A DNA stretch of 38,047 bases from Butyricicoccaceae bacterium (GCA_963630045.1 CAVGLF010000004.1:1-38047), one strand, 5' to 3'; positions 23,762 through 35,231 are shown, counted from the stretch's first letter. Notes: generated by a model not told the origin, from the letters alone. Made by a program: numbers and translations.

Positions 23762-24152
23762 TGCCGTGAGGGCTCGAACCTTTTTTGGGATCGGGGGGAA
23801 CCCCGAACCCCCTTCTTCGGGGAGTGCCCCGCGCCGCCGGGGGTGGCGTGGTGGCTCGAACCTTTTTGGGGTCGGGGGGAACCCCGAACCCCCCTTCTTC
23901 GGGGAGTACCCCGAGTCCGCCGGGGGTGGCGTGAGGGCTCGAAGCTTTTTTGGGGTCGGGGGAACCCCGAACCCCCCTTCTTCGGGGAGTGCCCCGCGCC
24001 GCCGGGGGTGGCGTGATGGCTCGAACCTTTTTTGTGGTCGGGGGGACCCCGAACCCCCGTCTTCGGGAGTGTCCCGCGCCGCCGGGGATGGCGTGATGGC
24101 TCGAAGCTTATTTGGGATCGGGGGGGGAACCCCGAACCCCCTTCTTCGGGCA
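23762..24152 (+). repeat. Tandem array: 4 full units plus 1 truncated unit of an ~82-bp GC-rich structured repeat
   Basis: The marker GGCTCGAA recurs at 23771, 23853, 23936, 24018 and 24098 (periods 82, 83, 82, 80). The whole unit repeats: GGCGTGATGGCTCGAACCTTTTTTGGGGTCGGGGGGAACCCCGAACCCCCTTCTTCGGGGAGTGCCCCGCGCCGCCGGGGGT. There are no unique spacers. Confidence 0.9.
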
Positions 24153-24166
24153 CTTTCATGCGGGCT

Positions 24167-25441
24167 TCAGTGCTCGCCCTTTGTGAAGCTGTTCCAGCGC
24201 GGAGCGGTGAGGCGGCAGATGACAAAGCCTGCGGCGGTGAGCGCCGCCCAGACTGCGATGGTGAAGAACCAGCCGCGCGTCTCGGAGAGAAGGGCGATGC
24301 CCCAGGTGGAGAGCGCGGAGCCGATGTAGGTGGTGCTGTTTAAAAGCCCCGAGACCGTCGATACGCAGCCGTAGCGTGAAAAATGCTGCGGTATGTGGCT
24401 GATGAGCATCAGATTGACTCCGTGCATGGAGGCCGTGATGACGGACATGAGCGGTATGGCGATGAAGGGGGAGACGTTCAGAAGGGGCAGCAGAATCAGC
24501 GCGCTCAAAGACGCCGCTCCGAAGAGGAACGCCGAGCAGACAAGCTCGCTGCCGCCCAAAACGCGCTTCAGCCATGTCGCGGCGGGGAAGGCGAGAGTGG
24601 CAAAAATCGGCAGAACCACCGCCGTCAGGATGGAGATCGATTCGCCCAGGTGATAGGTTTCGTCGATGAACGCGGGCATCCAGGTCTGCACGCCGTCGCG
24701 CATGGCGCCCTGTACGACGATGGCGCAGCAGATGGGCGCAAGCCCCGCCGCAGCTGCAATCCGGCCGAAGGAAGCACCGTCCGATGCGGCTGCTTCACCC
24801 GCGCCGGAGGATGCGCCGCGGCGCTTTGCGTCACGCTGAAGCCCGGGGGCGTAGATGCCCCGCGAGGACAGGGCGCGCATGTAGAGGAACCAGACCGCCG
24901 AGATGAAGAGCCCCAGCGCGGCGCAGACGGAAAACGTCAGCCTCCAGCCCGAAAGCGTGATGCACAGGGGCACGAGCAGGTAGATCACGATGGTCGCGCC
25001 TGTCGAGGCGACGGAGACCGTGATGACGGCGCGCCGGTACTCAAGGTCATCCAGAAGCTCGGACATGATGCGGACGAGCGGCGGCCAGAGAAGGGACTGG
25101 AAAAAGCCGTTTAAGCACCACAGCACGGTCATGACGGGGATGTCGGAGCAGAGCCCCATGGCGATGTTCAGGACGGACGCTCCGAGAAGCCCCGCAAGGA
25201 TGAGACGGTGCGGGGGTATGCGGTCGCCCAGGATGCCGCTGATGAGCTGCCCGATACCGTAGGTGATGAAGAGCCCCGTGCTGACGATGCCCGCCGCCTG
25301 CTTTTCGACGCCGAGATCCGAGGCGACAGCCGTGACGGACGCTCCGTAGTTGATGCGCGTGCAGTAGCTGGCGAAGTAGACGGCAAAGCAGACGGCGTGG
25401 AAGAGGACAATATCCCGGCGCCGGGTGAGAGGATGGCTCAT
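24167..25441 (-). CDS. MFS transporter
   Basis: Twelve-TM-like profile. MFS signature GQLISGILGDRIPPHRL between TM2 and TM3. AAAGAGG RBS present. Confidence 0.9.
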   Translation of the reverse strand: MSHPLTRRRDIVLFHAVCFAVYFASYCTRINYGASVTAVASDLGVEKQAAGIVSTGLFITYGIGQLISGILGDRIPPHRLILAGLLGASVLNIAMGLCSDIPVMTVLWCLNGFFQSLLWPPLVRIMSELLDDLEYRRAVITVSVASTGATIVIYLLVPLCITLSGWRLTFSVCAALGLFISAVWFLYMRALSSRGIYAPGLQRDAKRRGASSGAGEAAASDGASFGRIAAAAGLAPICCAIVVQGAMRDGVQTWMPAFIDETYHLGESISILTAVVLPIFATLAFPAATWLKRVLGGSELVCSAFLFGAASLSALILLPLLNVSPFIAIPLMSVITASMHGVNLMLISHIPQHFSRYGCVSTVSGLLNSTTYIGSALSTWGIALLSETRGWFFTIAVWAALTAAGFVICRLTAPRWNSFTKGEH

Positions 25442-25480
25442 GGCAAATGCCTCTTTATTGGCAGATTTCCCGGGAGGCGC

Positions 25481-26584
25481 TCAGGGCCTTTCGTGCCCCG
25501 TGGGCGCTCCGGGAGGAGGAGGAAGCGTTACGTTTTCTGCGGGGGAGGACTTGTCGTGCTCCTGCCAGTACTTTTCGTAGAACTCCATGTAATAGGCCAG
25601 ATTCTCGCGCAGCAGGCGGGGCGTATCCAGCTCATACGGACAGCGGGAGGCACACGCGCGGCAGTTGCGGCAGTCACGGATGCGCAGCATGTCGTCACGG
25701 ATGGCATCGGTCATCTGCGGCGGGATGGTGGAGCGCATGAGGAAGTACTTGCGGCGGGCGCACTGCGGGATATCGATGCCCGCGGGGCAGGGCAGACAGT
25801 AGCCGCAGGAACGGCAGAAGTTGCCCGAAAGCTCGCGGCGCTCCCGCGCGATGGACTCCGCGACCTCGCCGTCGTCAGCCGGGGGATTCTCCTCGTAGCG
25901 CAGGAACTCCTCCAGCTCCTCCATCTTCTGCACGCCCCAGATCGGGACGACCCACGGGTAGCGGCGGATGAAGACGGAAGCGGCGCGCGCATCGCGGATC
26001 AGACCGCCCGACATGCCCTTCATGGCGATGAAGCCGACATCCGCATCGCGGCACTCCTGCGCAAACGCGATGTCCTTGTCGGAGGCCAGAAGGCAGAAGG
26101 GGAACTGAATCGTGTCATAGCGATCGGAGCGCAGCGCCGAGCGGGCGCGGTCCAGGCTGTGATTCGTGATGCCGATGAAGCGGATCCAGCCGCGGCGCCT
26201 GGCCTCGACCAGCGCGGCGTAGGGACCGTGCGGATCATCCGGATCGGGGACGGGATTGGGGTTGTGGAGCTGCAGAATGTCGATATAATCGGTGCGCAGG
26301 CGGCGCAGGGACAGCTCGATATGCTCAAGCACGCCCTCGTAATCACGCGCGCCGCTCTTGGAGGCGAGGATATAGGAGTCCCGCGGCACGCCTGCCAGCG
26401 CGGCGCCCAGCTTTTCCTCGGAGTCGGTGTAGTAGTTCGCGGTGTCGAAGAAGTTGACGCCTCCGTCCAGCGCACGGCGCACCAGAGCCGCCGATTCCTC
26501 AAAGGAGATGCGCTGGATGGGCAGAGCGCCGAAGGAGGTCGCGGAGACCTGGAGCTCCGTGCGTCCCAGTCGGATATACTTCAT
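25481..26584 (-). CDS. Aldo/keto reductase with C-terminal 2x[4Fe-4S] ferredoxin-like domain
   Basis: AKR N-terminus (GVNFFDTANYY...LRRLRTDYIDILQLH), then CRSCGYCLPCP and CRNCRACASRCP cluster motifs. Confidence 0.9.
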   Translation of the reverse strand: MKYIRLGRTELQVSATSFGALPIQRISFEESAALVRRALDGGVNFFDTANYYTDSEEKLGAALAGVPRDSYILASKSGARDYEGVLEHIELSLRRLRTDYIDILQLHNPNPVPDPDDPHGPYAALVEARRRGWIRFIGITNHSLDRARSALRSDRYDTIQFPFCLLASDKDIAFAQECRDADVGFIAMKGMSGGLIRDARAASVFIRRYPWVVPIWGVQKMEELEEFLRYEENPPADDGEVAESIARERRELSGNFCRSCGYCLPCPAGIDIPQCARRKYFLMRSTIPPQMTDAIRDDMLRIRDCRNCRACASRCPYELDTPRLLRENLAYYMEFYEKYWQEHDKSSPAENVTLPPPPGAPTGHERP

Positions 26585-26617
26585 GGAAAAAAATCCCCCT
26601 CTTTTCGGATGATCCCG

Positions 26618-26953
26618 TTACGCCATGGTGAGCGAGAGCTTGCGGCCGCCCAGCACATGGAAGTGCAGATGCGCGACGGTCTGCCCCGCGTCCTCTCCGG
26701 AATTGGTGATGACGCGGTAGGAGGACAGACCCTCCTGCCGGGCGAGCTTCGCTGCCACGGCGAAGATGTGTCCGACGAGAGGCGCGTCCTCCTCCGTCAG
26801 CTCGCCTGCGCGGGCGATATGCTTCTTCGGCACGATCAGAATATGCGTCGGTGCCTGCGGATTGATGTCGCGGAAGGCGTAGACGGATTCGTCCTCATAG
26901 ACCTTGGTGGAGGGAATGGTGCCCGCGATGATGCGGCAGAATAAGCAGTCCAT
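26618..26953 (-). CDS. HIT family (histidine triad nucleotide-binding) protein
   Basis: CLFCRII...HILIVPKKH...HLHFHVLGG histidine triad. AAGGAG RBS present. Confidence 0.9.
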   Translation of the reverse strand: MDCLFCRIIAGTIPSTKVYEDESVYAFRDINPQAPTHILIVPKKHIARAGELTEEDAPLVGHIFAVAAKLARQEGLSSYRVITNSGEDAGQTVAHLHFHVLGGRKLSLTMA

Positions 26954-26987
26954 AGTTAATAGCTCCTTTTTATCGATAAAAAGCGGA

Positions 26988-27043
26988 TAAAAACCCCAAA
27001 GCGGGGCTCTCTTTTCTTTTGTCTCAAGAAACGGGAGCCCCGC
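26988..27043 (-). terminator. alaS terminator
   Basis: Stem GCGGGGCTC (27001-27009) / GAGCCCCGC (27035-27043), followed on the minus strand by TTTGGGGTTTTTA. Confidence 0.55.
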
Positions 27044-27068
27044 AGGATGTACGGGATGAAGGGAAAAA

Positions 27069-29705
<2,637 letters not shown>

Positions 29706-29768
29706 AACAGGTCAATCCTTTTTTTCTTATATGAGTGTCGGTGTTGTTTTTTCGGGGGGGGGAGAGTC

Positions 29769-32000
29769 TTAATTTTTCGGGAAGCGGCTTCGCAGGCGGC
29801 GCACGGAGTCCTCTGTGACCTCGATTTTCCATCGGAGATGGGGCTCGTCCGCGACGTATTCCATCGTAGGCTCGTAGCCGATGCGGGAGTCCTCCCGCAC
29901 AAAGGGAATGGTATCCAGAGTGTTTGCGATTTCGTCCTGCGCGATGCGCTCGAGCTCATCCGCGAGCCCGGCGTCCGGCGTATCCGGCGCAAGCCCCAGC
30001 GCAGGCAGGAGTCCCGCGCGGTCGTGATGCTCGCCCTCGGGCATCGGAATCGGGAGGAGCGGAATTTCGGGGTTCTGATTCTCGACCTTCCCGCTGCACC
30101 GTCCCGTCACGTTCAGCAGGATGCATTTGAGAATATGCCAGCGCTTGTTCGCGCAGTAGGTATGCGCCGTGTGCTCGATGAAGCGTCCGAGTGCGGCCAT
30201 GCGGCGCGCCCGGGCGAGCTTTTCGCCGGACAGGGACGGCAGCACGGATTCGAAGAGCCCGCAGCCCTCCCGGAACAGCCGCTCCATCTCCTGCATCGTC
30301 GAAAGCTCCCACAGAATCACGGGCGTGCTGCGGATGCTCTGGAAATACGTCGAGAAGACGATATTGTCATAGGTGGAGTGACTGGCGTACGGAAGCGACG
30401 GGAGGAATACGGTCTGATCGAACGTGAGCGGGTACGAGGGTCCGATGCGCAGAGGACCGTACTGATCCAGTGCGCCCGTTACGGTATGGCGCAGTCCCTC
30501 GCTCCACAGATCCCACGCGCGGATGACGGCAGAGGCGTTCTCCTCTCCGAAGTCCCGCACCGCGATGGCGAGGAGCTCCGTCCCGAAGTCCGGCGCGCGT
30601 CCGTCCGTGCGGGAGTACATGATATTCGCAAGCTCCGACACGAAGGAGGGAACGAACCCGTAGTGATGGCTCTCCATGAGGCCGCAGAGTCCGTACTCCT
30701 CATGAGCGCGCAGGATGCCCTGCCAGCGGCGGTTCCACTGCTGCGGCGTGGGCAGATAGGGAATATCGCCGACGTCCCAGGTCAGTCCGCCCGTATTGGA
30801 CATGGTATAGAGCCGGATGCCGCGCTCGTGCGCCGCCTCGGCCTCGGAGAGGAAGTACTGTCCCGGACCCTCGAAGCCCAGCGTATAGTCGGCACAGGGC
30901 TCGATGACGCCGGGTGCGACCTCGCGCCGCTCGAACATCTCATAGGTGACGAGGAGCGTGATGTCGCGGGGCAGGCTGCGGATGAGCGCCAGCCGGGCGT
31001 CCCGGGGCTGATAGCCCCAGTTATACGTCCAGAAGACGATTTCGCACTCCGGCGCGTGCGCATGGATGACATCCGAGACCAGGGATACCCACTCGGGGTA
31101 GTCACAGCAGGGATACCAGCCCGGATGCACCTTGCCCTCGGGACGCGTGGCACTGTCCCACCAGGTATGCGGGTCGTGCGAGGGGAAGCCGATGCTTTCG
31201 CCGACGAAGATGATGCCGCGGAAGCCCGGGCAGGAGGAGAAAAGCTCGCCGTAGAGACCTTCATAGTACTCGCGCGCTCCGGGATCCCCGGGATGCATCT
31301 CGCTTTTGTAGTAGCTGTAGCAGTACACGTCGATGCCGAAGCCCGCGGCGCGCCAGATCAGCTCGTTGAAGTCCTGATAGCCGTGCTCGGTCTGATTGAG
31401 CCCCTTCGTGAAGACCTTGATCGCGTCCATGCCCTCATGAGCGATGGCGCGGAGCACGTTGTCAGGGAAGGTGTCGAGCTCATAGCCCGAATGCGTCATG
31501 CGGGGGGAGAAGAGCGCGGTGTGCGTCTCGTCGCATTCACCGATGACGGGGCCTTCATTGCGGTTCATGACGCGCTCCAGGTGATAGCCGCCCTGAGCCG
31601 TGCCGCGCTCGGAGGCGCCGACGATGATGATGCCGCCCGAGCGCACGATTATGCGGAAGGCCAGAGCCTGCGCCCGCGCGTTCCCCGCGGAGTCCTCCGT
31701 GTTCCGGGGGGCAAGCGGGGGGAGATCGTCCGCCGTCGCCAGGACGATCCGGCCCGGAGCTGCGGCGGAGGAGATATCCTCCACGGCACGCAGATGGGGG
31801 AAGACCTCCATGGAGACCTCGAAGTACTCCGTAAGGTCATGCGCCGAATACCGCAGCACGCGCCCTGCACTCTTCGGGTAGACAATCTCCCAGGAGTCGT
31901 CCACGACGAGCCCCGGGATTTTCTTCCAGATGTCCGGCCGGCTGCGCCCGGGGGTGTGAACCTCCAGCATGCGCCGCTTGAAGTCGTAGCTCTGTTCCAT
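29769..32000 (-). CDS. Uncharacterised 743-aa cytoplasmic protein, possibly a TIM-barrel glycosidase-like enzyme
   Basis: Long uninterrupted ORF with a GGAGAGAGG RBS and no signal peptide or TM. The N-terminal segment AFRIIVRSGGIIIVGASERGTAQGGYHLERVM resembles the N-domain seen in front of several TIM-barrel glycosidase families. I could not assign a family. Confidence 0.75.
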   Translation of the reverse strand: MEQSYDFKRRMLEVHTPGRSRPDIWKKIPGLVVDDSWEIVYPKSAGRVLRYSAHDLTEYFEVSMEVFPHLRAVEDISSAAAPGRIVLATADDLPPLAPRNTEDSAGNARAQALAFRIIVRSGGIIIVGASERGTAQGGYHLERVMNRNEGPVIGECDETHTALFSPRMTHSGYELDTFPDNVLRAIAHEGMDAIKVFTKGLNQTEHGYQDFNELIWRAAGFGIDVYCYSYYKSEMHPGDPGAREYYEGLYGELFSSCPGFRGIIFVGESIGFPSHDPHTWWDSATRPEGKVHPGWYPCCDYPEWVSLVSDVIHAHAPECEIVFWTYNWGYQPRDARLALIRSLPRDITLLVTYEMFERREVAPGVIEPCADYTLGFEGPGQYFLSEAEAAHERGIRLYTMSNTGGLTWDVGDIPYLPTPQQWNRRWQGILRAHEEYGLCGLMESHHYGFVPSFVSELANIMYSRTDGRAPDFGTELLAIAVRDFGEENASAVIRAWDLWSEGLRHTVTGALDQYGPLRIGPSYPLTFDQTVFLPSLPYASHSTYDNIVFSTYFQSIRSTPVILWELSTMQEMERLFREGCGLFESVLPSLSGEKLARARRMAALGRFIEHTAHTYCANKRWHILKCILLNVTGRCSGKVENQNPEIPLLPIPMPEGEHHDRAGLLPALGLAPDTPDAGLADELERIAQDEIANTLDTIPFVREDSRIGYEPTMEYVADEPHLRWKIEVTEDSVRRLRSRFPKN

Positions 32001-32092
32001 TGAGCGTATCCTCTCTCCTCTCGAAAAAAACCGGCGGGATGGCTTACGGCAGGGGGGGGGAAAAGTGCGCCTGATGTTTTCCTGCGGGGGGG

Positions 32093-33013
32093 TTAGCGGT
32101 TCCAGAGGTTTTCGGGGTATTTGCCCTCCGCCGTCATGCGGGCGATTGCACCCTGCACGACGGGCTTGTCGTCGCGGTAGGTCACGCCGTACCAGCGCTC
32201 GCCGGTATCGATGACGTGGACGCGGGCGCGTCCCTCGTGAATCATCTTATCCACGACGAAGGGGAGGAAGAACTCGGCCTTCAGGGGATTCTTCGGCACG
32301 TCGTTTTCGAAGAATTTCGGAAGCTCGGAGTGCATCTCGGAGAAGAGACGGGTCGTGAAGCCCCAGGTGTTCATGGAGACCACGGTTCCGGCGGGGATAT
32401 CCGTCCAGGTCGCGCCGTCGTCCTCGGTGAAGGCGGCGCCTTCGGGACGCTTTGCAATCTTCGTGCGCTCGGTGACGCCCGTCAGGAAGCCGTCGGAGGT
32501 CGTCTCGCAGACGCCGCGCGCGACGGTGCCGTGCTCGGTGAGGGTATTCTCCACGCGGAAACCCGCGAGCATGAACTCGCTGGACTCGGGGTCGACCGCC
32601 GCCAGATAGTCATAGAGTGCGCGGAAGGCGCCGAAGCCGTAGAAGTCGTCTGCGTTGATGACGGCGAAGGGCTGATCGATGACATCGCGGGCCGCCCAGA
32701 CGGCGTGTCCCGTGCCCCAGGGCTTGACGCGTCCTTCGGGGATGGCGCAGCCCGCGGGAATGTCGTCGGGACGCTGGAAGACGTACTCGACCTCGATGGC
32801 GCCGCGGATGCGCGAGCCGATGGTCTCCTCGAAGACCGCGTGGTTTTCCTCCTTGATGATGAAGACAACCTTGCGGAAGCCCGCGCGGACGGCATCATAG
32901 ACGGAGTAGTCGATGATGAGCTGACCGTGCGTGCTGACGGGATCGATCTGCTTGAGTCCGCCGTAGCGTGAGCCGAGACCGGCCGCCATGACGACGAGAA
33001 TGGGCTTGTTCAT
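32093..33013 (-). CDS. Sugar-phosphate nucleotidyltransferase family protein
   Basis: N-terminal NTP-transferase loop LVVMAAGLGSRYGGLKQ, PWGTGHAV, INADDFYG. GGAGG RBS lies inside the end of the upstream gene; its stop is 3 nt before this ATG. Confidence 0.85.
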   Translation of the reverse strand: MNKPILVVMAAGLGSRYGGLKQIDPVSTHGQLIIDYSVYDAVRAGFRKVVFIIKEENHAVFEETIGSRIRGAIEVEYVFQRPDDIPAGCAIPEGRVKPWGTGHAVWAARDVIDQPFAVINADDFYGFGAFRALYDYLAAVDPESSEFMLAGFRVENTLTEHGTVARGVCETTSDGFLTGVTERTKIAKRPEGAAFTEDDGATWTDIPAGTVVSMNTWGFTTRLFSEMHSELPKFFENDVPKNPLKAEFFLPFVVDKMIHEGRARVHVIDTGERWYGVTYRDDKPVVQGAIARMTAEGKYPENLWNR

Positions 33014-33016
33014 TGC

Positions 33017-34120
33017 TTAAACCTCCATAACACGGCGCAGAGCGGGATGGACCGCCTGCGCGAAGCGGTAGAATCCGAGATCGTTGGGATGGCAGCCGTC
33101 CACGGTGCAGGCATCGATGTCGCGGTCGGCGAACAGAGAGGCGCCGTCGAGGAAAAGGATATGCCGGTCGCCCTCCTCACGCGCGCGCATATAGGTCTGC
33201 AGGATGACGTCATGGCGCGTACCGAAGCCGAAAGCGGAGCTCTGGTAGCCCGTCGGATAGGAGTAGGGCGCGCTGATGAGCAGGATGGGAAGCTCCGGCT
33301 GCGCATCACGGATGCGGCGGTAGAAGGCGTAGTGTGTCCGCGCCAGATGCACGGAGTTGGGCGCATTGAAGTCATAGTCCATGACAAATGCGGAAAGCCC
33401 GAGCGAGGCGATGTAGTCCGCTATGCACAGCTCGCCGCGCGCGCTGCCGGAGAAGCCCAGATTGATGAAATCCGCGTCCAGCCAGCGGCAGACATGGTTC
33501 ATATAGTTGTTGCCCGGACGGGAGGCACACCCGCCCTGGGTGATGGAGGAGCCGTAGAACAGGATGGGACGGTCGATGGAGAAGGCGCGGGGCGGCTCGA
33601 TGACGGACGCGGGCGAAAGCCCGATGTAGATGCGGTCGACTCCGCTGTACAGCGGAAGCGTGATCGTCACCTCGGCGCCCTTTGGGCAGGGGTTCTGCAC
33701 GCAGCCGATGTAGGTCGTCTTCGGCGTTCCGTCCTCGATGGCGGGGAAGAAGATGCCGCGGAAGGACTCGCCGGAGCAGCCCTTCGGCGCAAAATAGATA
33801 TCCGCGCCGGAGGAACCCGTCAGCGGCATATGGGACATGAAGTCCCGGTTCGGCAGCGCGACGGCCAGCGCGACATAGGGCGAATCCGTCGCAAAGCGGA
33901 TGCGTCCGCCCGCCGTGTTGAACATCAGATACCGTGCGCCCTCGTTCAGACGCGCATCGTCCGCAAAGGAGAGCGGAAGACGGGCATAGCGTCCCGTCTC
34001 CCGGGGCGCGCACAGACCATGCAGGGAAAAGCGCTCATCCAGAGCATCATACCAGACGATATCGTCATACGGCAGCGCCGCGGCGCGGAAATTGGGATCG
34101 ATCTGAGCGATGTTCGCCAT
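33017..34120 (-). CDS. SGNH/GDSL-type hydrolase (esterase) with N-terminal beta-sandwich domain
   Basis: Block I FYGSSITQGG (Ser nucleophile), block III-like GFSGSA, block V DGCHPND (Asp-x-x-His). AAGGGAGGG RBS present. Confidence 0.8.
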   Translation of the reverse strand: MANIAQIDPNFRAAALPYDDIVWYDALDERFSLHGLCAPRETGRYARLPLSFADDARLNEGARYLMFNTAGGRIRFATDSPYVALAVALPNRDFMSHMPLTGSSGADIYFAPKGCSGESFRGIFFPAIEDGTPKTTYIGCVQNPCPKGAEVTITLPLYSGVDRIYIGLSPASVIEPPRAFSIDRPILFYGSSITQGGCASRPGNNYMNHVCRWLDADFINLGFSGSARGELCIADYIASLGLSAFVMDYDFNAPNSVHLARTHYAFYRRIRDAQPELPILLISAPYSYPTGYQSSAFGFGTRHDVILQTYMRAREEGDRHILFLDGASLFADRDIDACTVDGCHPNDLGFYRFAQAVHPALRRVMEV

Positions 34121-34163
34121 GAAGTAACCCTCCCTTATACGTCAAAAAAGGCCTGTTCTTTTT

Positions 34164-35180
34164 TTAGCTGCGGTAGCCGTTGGGGTTCTGCGACTGCCAG
34201 CGCCAGGAGTCCTCGCACATCTCGCGCAGACCGCGCACGGCCTTCCAGCCCAGCGTCTTTTCCGCAAGCGAAGGATCCGCGTAGCAGGTCGCGATGTCGC
34301 CGGGACGGCGCGCCACGATCTTGTACGGAATCTTTTTGCCGGAAACCTCCTCGAACATATGCACCATCTCAAGCACGCTGCAGCCGCGGCCGGTGCCGAG
34401 GTTGAGCGTGAGCACGCCGCCGTCCATGGAGGCGAGCTTCTCGACCGCCGCGACATGGCCGCGCGCGAGGTCGACGACGTGGATGTAGTCGCGTACGCCG
34501 GTGCCGTCGGGCGTATCGTAATCGTTGCCGAAGACGCTCAGGCACTCGCGCTTGCCCATGGCGACCTGCGTGATATAGGGCGTGAGATTGTTCGGGATGC
34601 CGGAGGGATCCTCGCCGATGAGGCCGGACTTGTGCGCGCCGACGGGATTGAAGTAGCGTAGCAGCGCGATCTTCCAGGTGCTGTCGGAGCGGTACAGATC
34701 GCGCAGGATCTGCTCGTTCATGAGCTTGGTCTGGCCGTAGGGATTCGTCGCGGAGAGCGGGAAGTCCTCGCGGATCGGCACGGTGGCGGGATCGCCGTAG
34801 ACCGTGGCGGAGGAGGAGAAGACGATGCTGCGGACATCGTGCGCACGCATGACGCGCAGAAGCGTCAGAGTGCCGGTGATGTTGTTGGTATAATACTCAA
34901 GAGGCTTGGCAACGCTTTCGCCGACGGCCTTCAGCGCGGCGAAGTGAATGACGGCCTGGGGCCGCTCCGCCTCGAAAATGGCGCTGAGCCCTTCCTCGTC
35001 CAGAATGTCCGCCTTGTAGAAGGTCACGTGCTTTCCCGTGATCTGCTCGACGCGGGACACGGCGACCTCGGAGCTGTTGTACAGGTTGTCCACGACGACG
35101 ACCTCATGTCCGGCCGTGAGCAGCTCCACGCAGGTGTGGGATCCGATATAGCCGGCACCGCCGGTAATCAAAAGCTTCAT
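34164..35180 (-). CDS. galE: UDP-glucose 4-epimerase
   Basis: MKLLITGGAGYIGSH Rossmann, SSSATVYG, catalytic YGQTK (YxxxK), DYIHVVDLA. 338 aa from ATG 35180. Confidence 0.9.
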   Translation of the reverse strand: MKLLITGGAGYIGSHTCVELLTAGHEVVVVDNLYNSSEVAVSRVEQITGKHVTFYKADILDEEGLSAIFEAERPQAVIHFAALKAVGESVAKPLEYYTNNITGTLTLLRVMRAHDVRSIVFSSSATVYGDPATVPIREDFPLSATNPYGQTKLMNEQILRDLYRSDSTWKIALLRYFNPVGAHKSGLIGEDPSGIPNNLTPYITQVAMGKRECLSVFGNDYDTPDGTGVRDYIHVVDLARGHVAAVEKLASMDGGVLTLNLGTGRGCSVLEMVHMFEEVSGKKIPYKIVARRPGDIATCYADPSLAEKTLGWKAVRGLREMCEDSWRWQSQNPNGYRS

Positions 35181-35231
35181 AATTATCCCTGAATTCCTTC
35201 CATGTAAGTATAAGGATATACGATGTCTCAT

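Noticed and set aside
23762-23790. tRNA-like fragment: the minus strand of each unit reads AAAAGGTTCGAGCC, and at the first unit ...CTCACGGCACCA, resembling a T-arm plus acceptor end.
   Set aside because: The flanking bases do not form a T stem (AAAGG versus CCTCA are not complementary), and no cloverleaf or acceptor pairing can be drawn.
23762-24152. Possible CRISPR array (regularly spaced GC-rich repeats).
   Set aside because: The entire 80-83-bp unit is repeated, there are no unique spacers between repeats, and no cas genes are in the window. It is a tandem repeat, not a CRISPR array.
23578-24343. Repetitive P/G/R-rich ORFs in the track (215 aa on the minus strand; 196, 105 and 103 aa on the plus strand) as candidate repeat proteins.
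   Set aside because: They are generated by the tandem DNA repeat. The unit lengths (82, 83, 82, 80) are not multiples of 3, so the repeated peptide changes frame. There is no RBS, and one ORF runs antisense through the end of yajC while another runs into the MFS gene.
29769-32000. The 743-aa protein as a GH112 lacto-N-biose/galacto-N-biose phosphorylase, given the neighbouring galE and nucleotidyltransferase and the similar length.
   Set aside because: By eye there is no sequence resemblance to the GH112 enzymes as I remember them. There is also no N-acetylhexosamine kinase or GalT-type uridylyltransferase in the operon.
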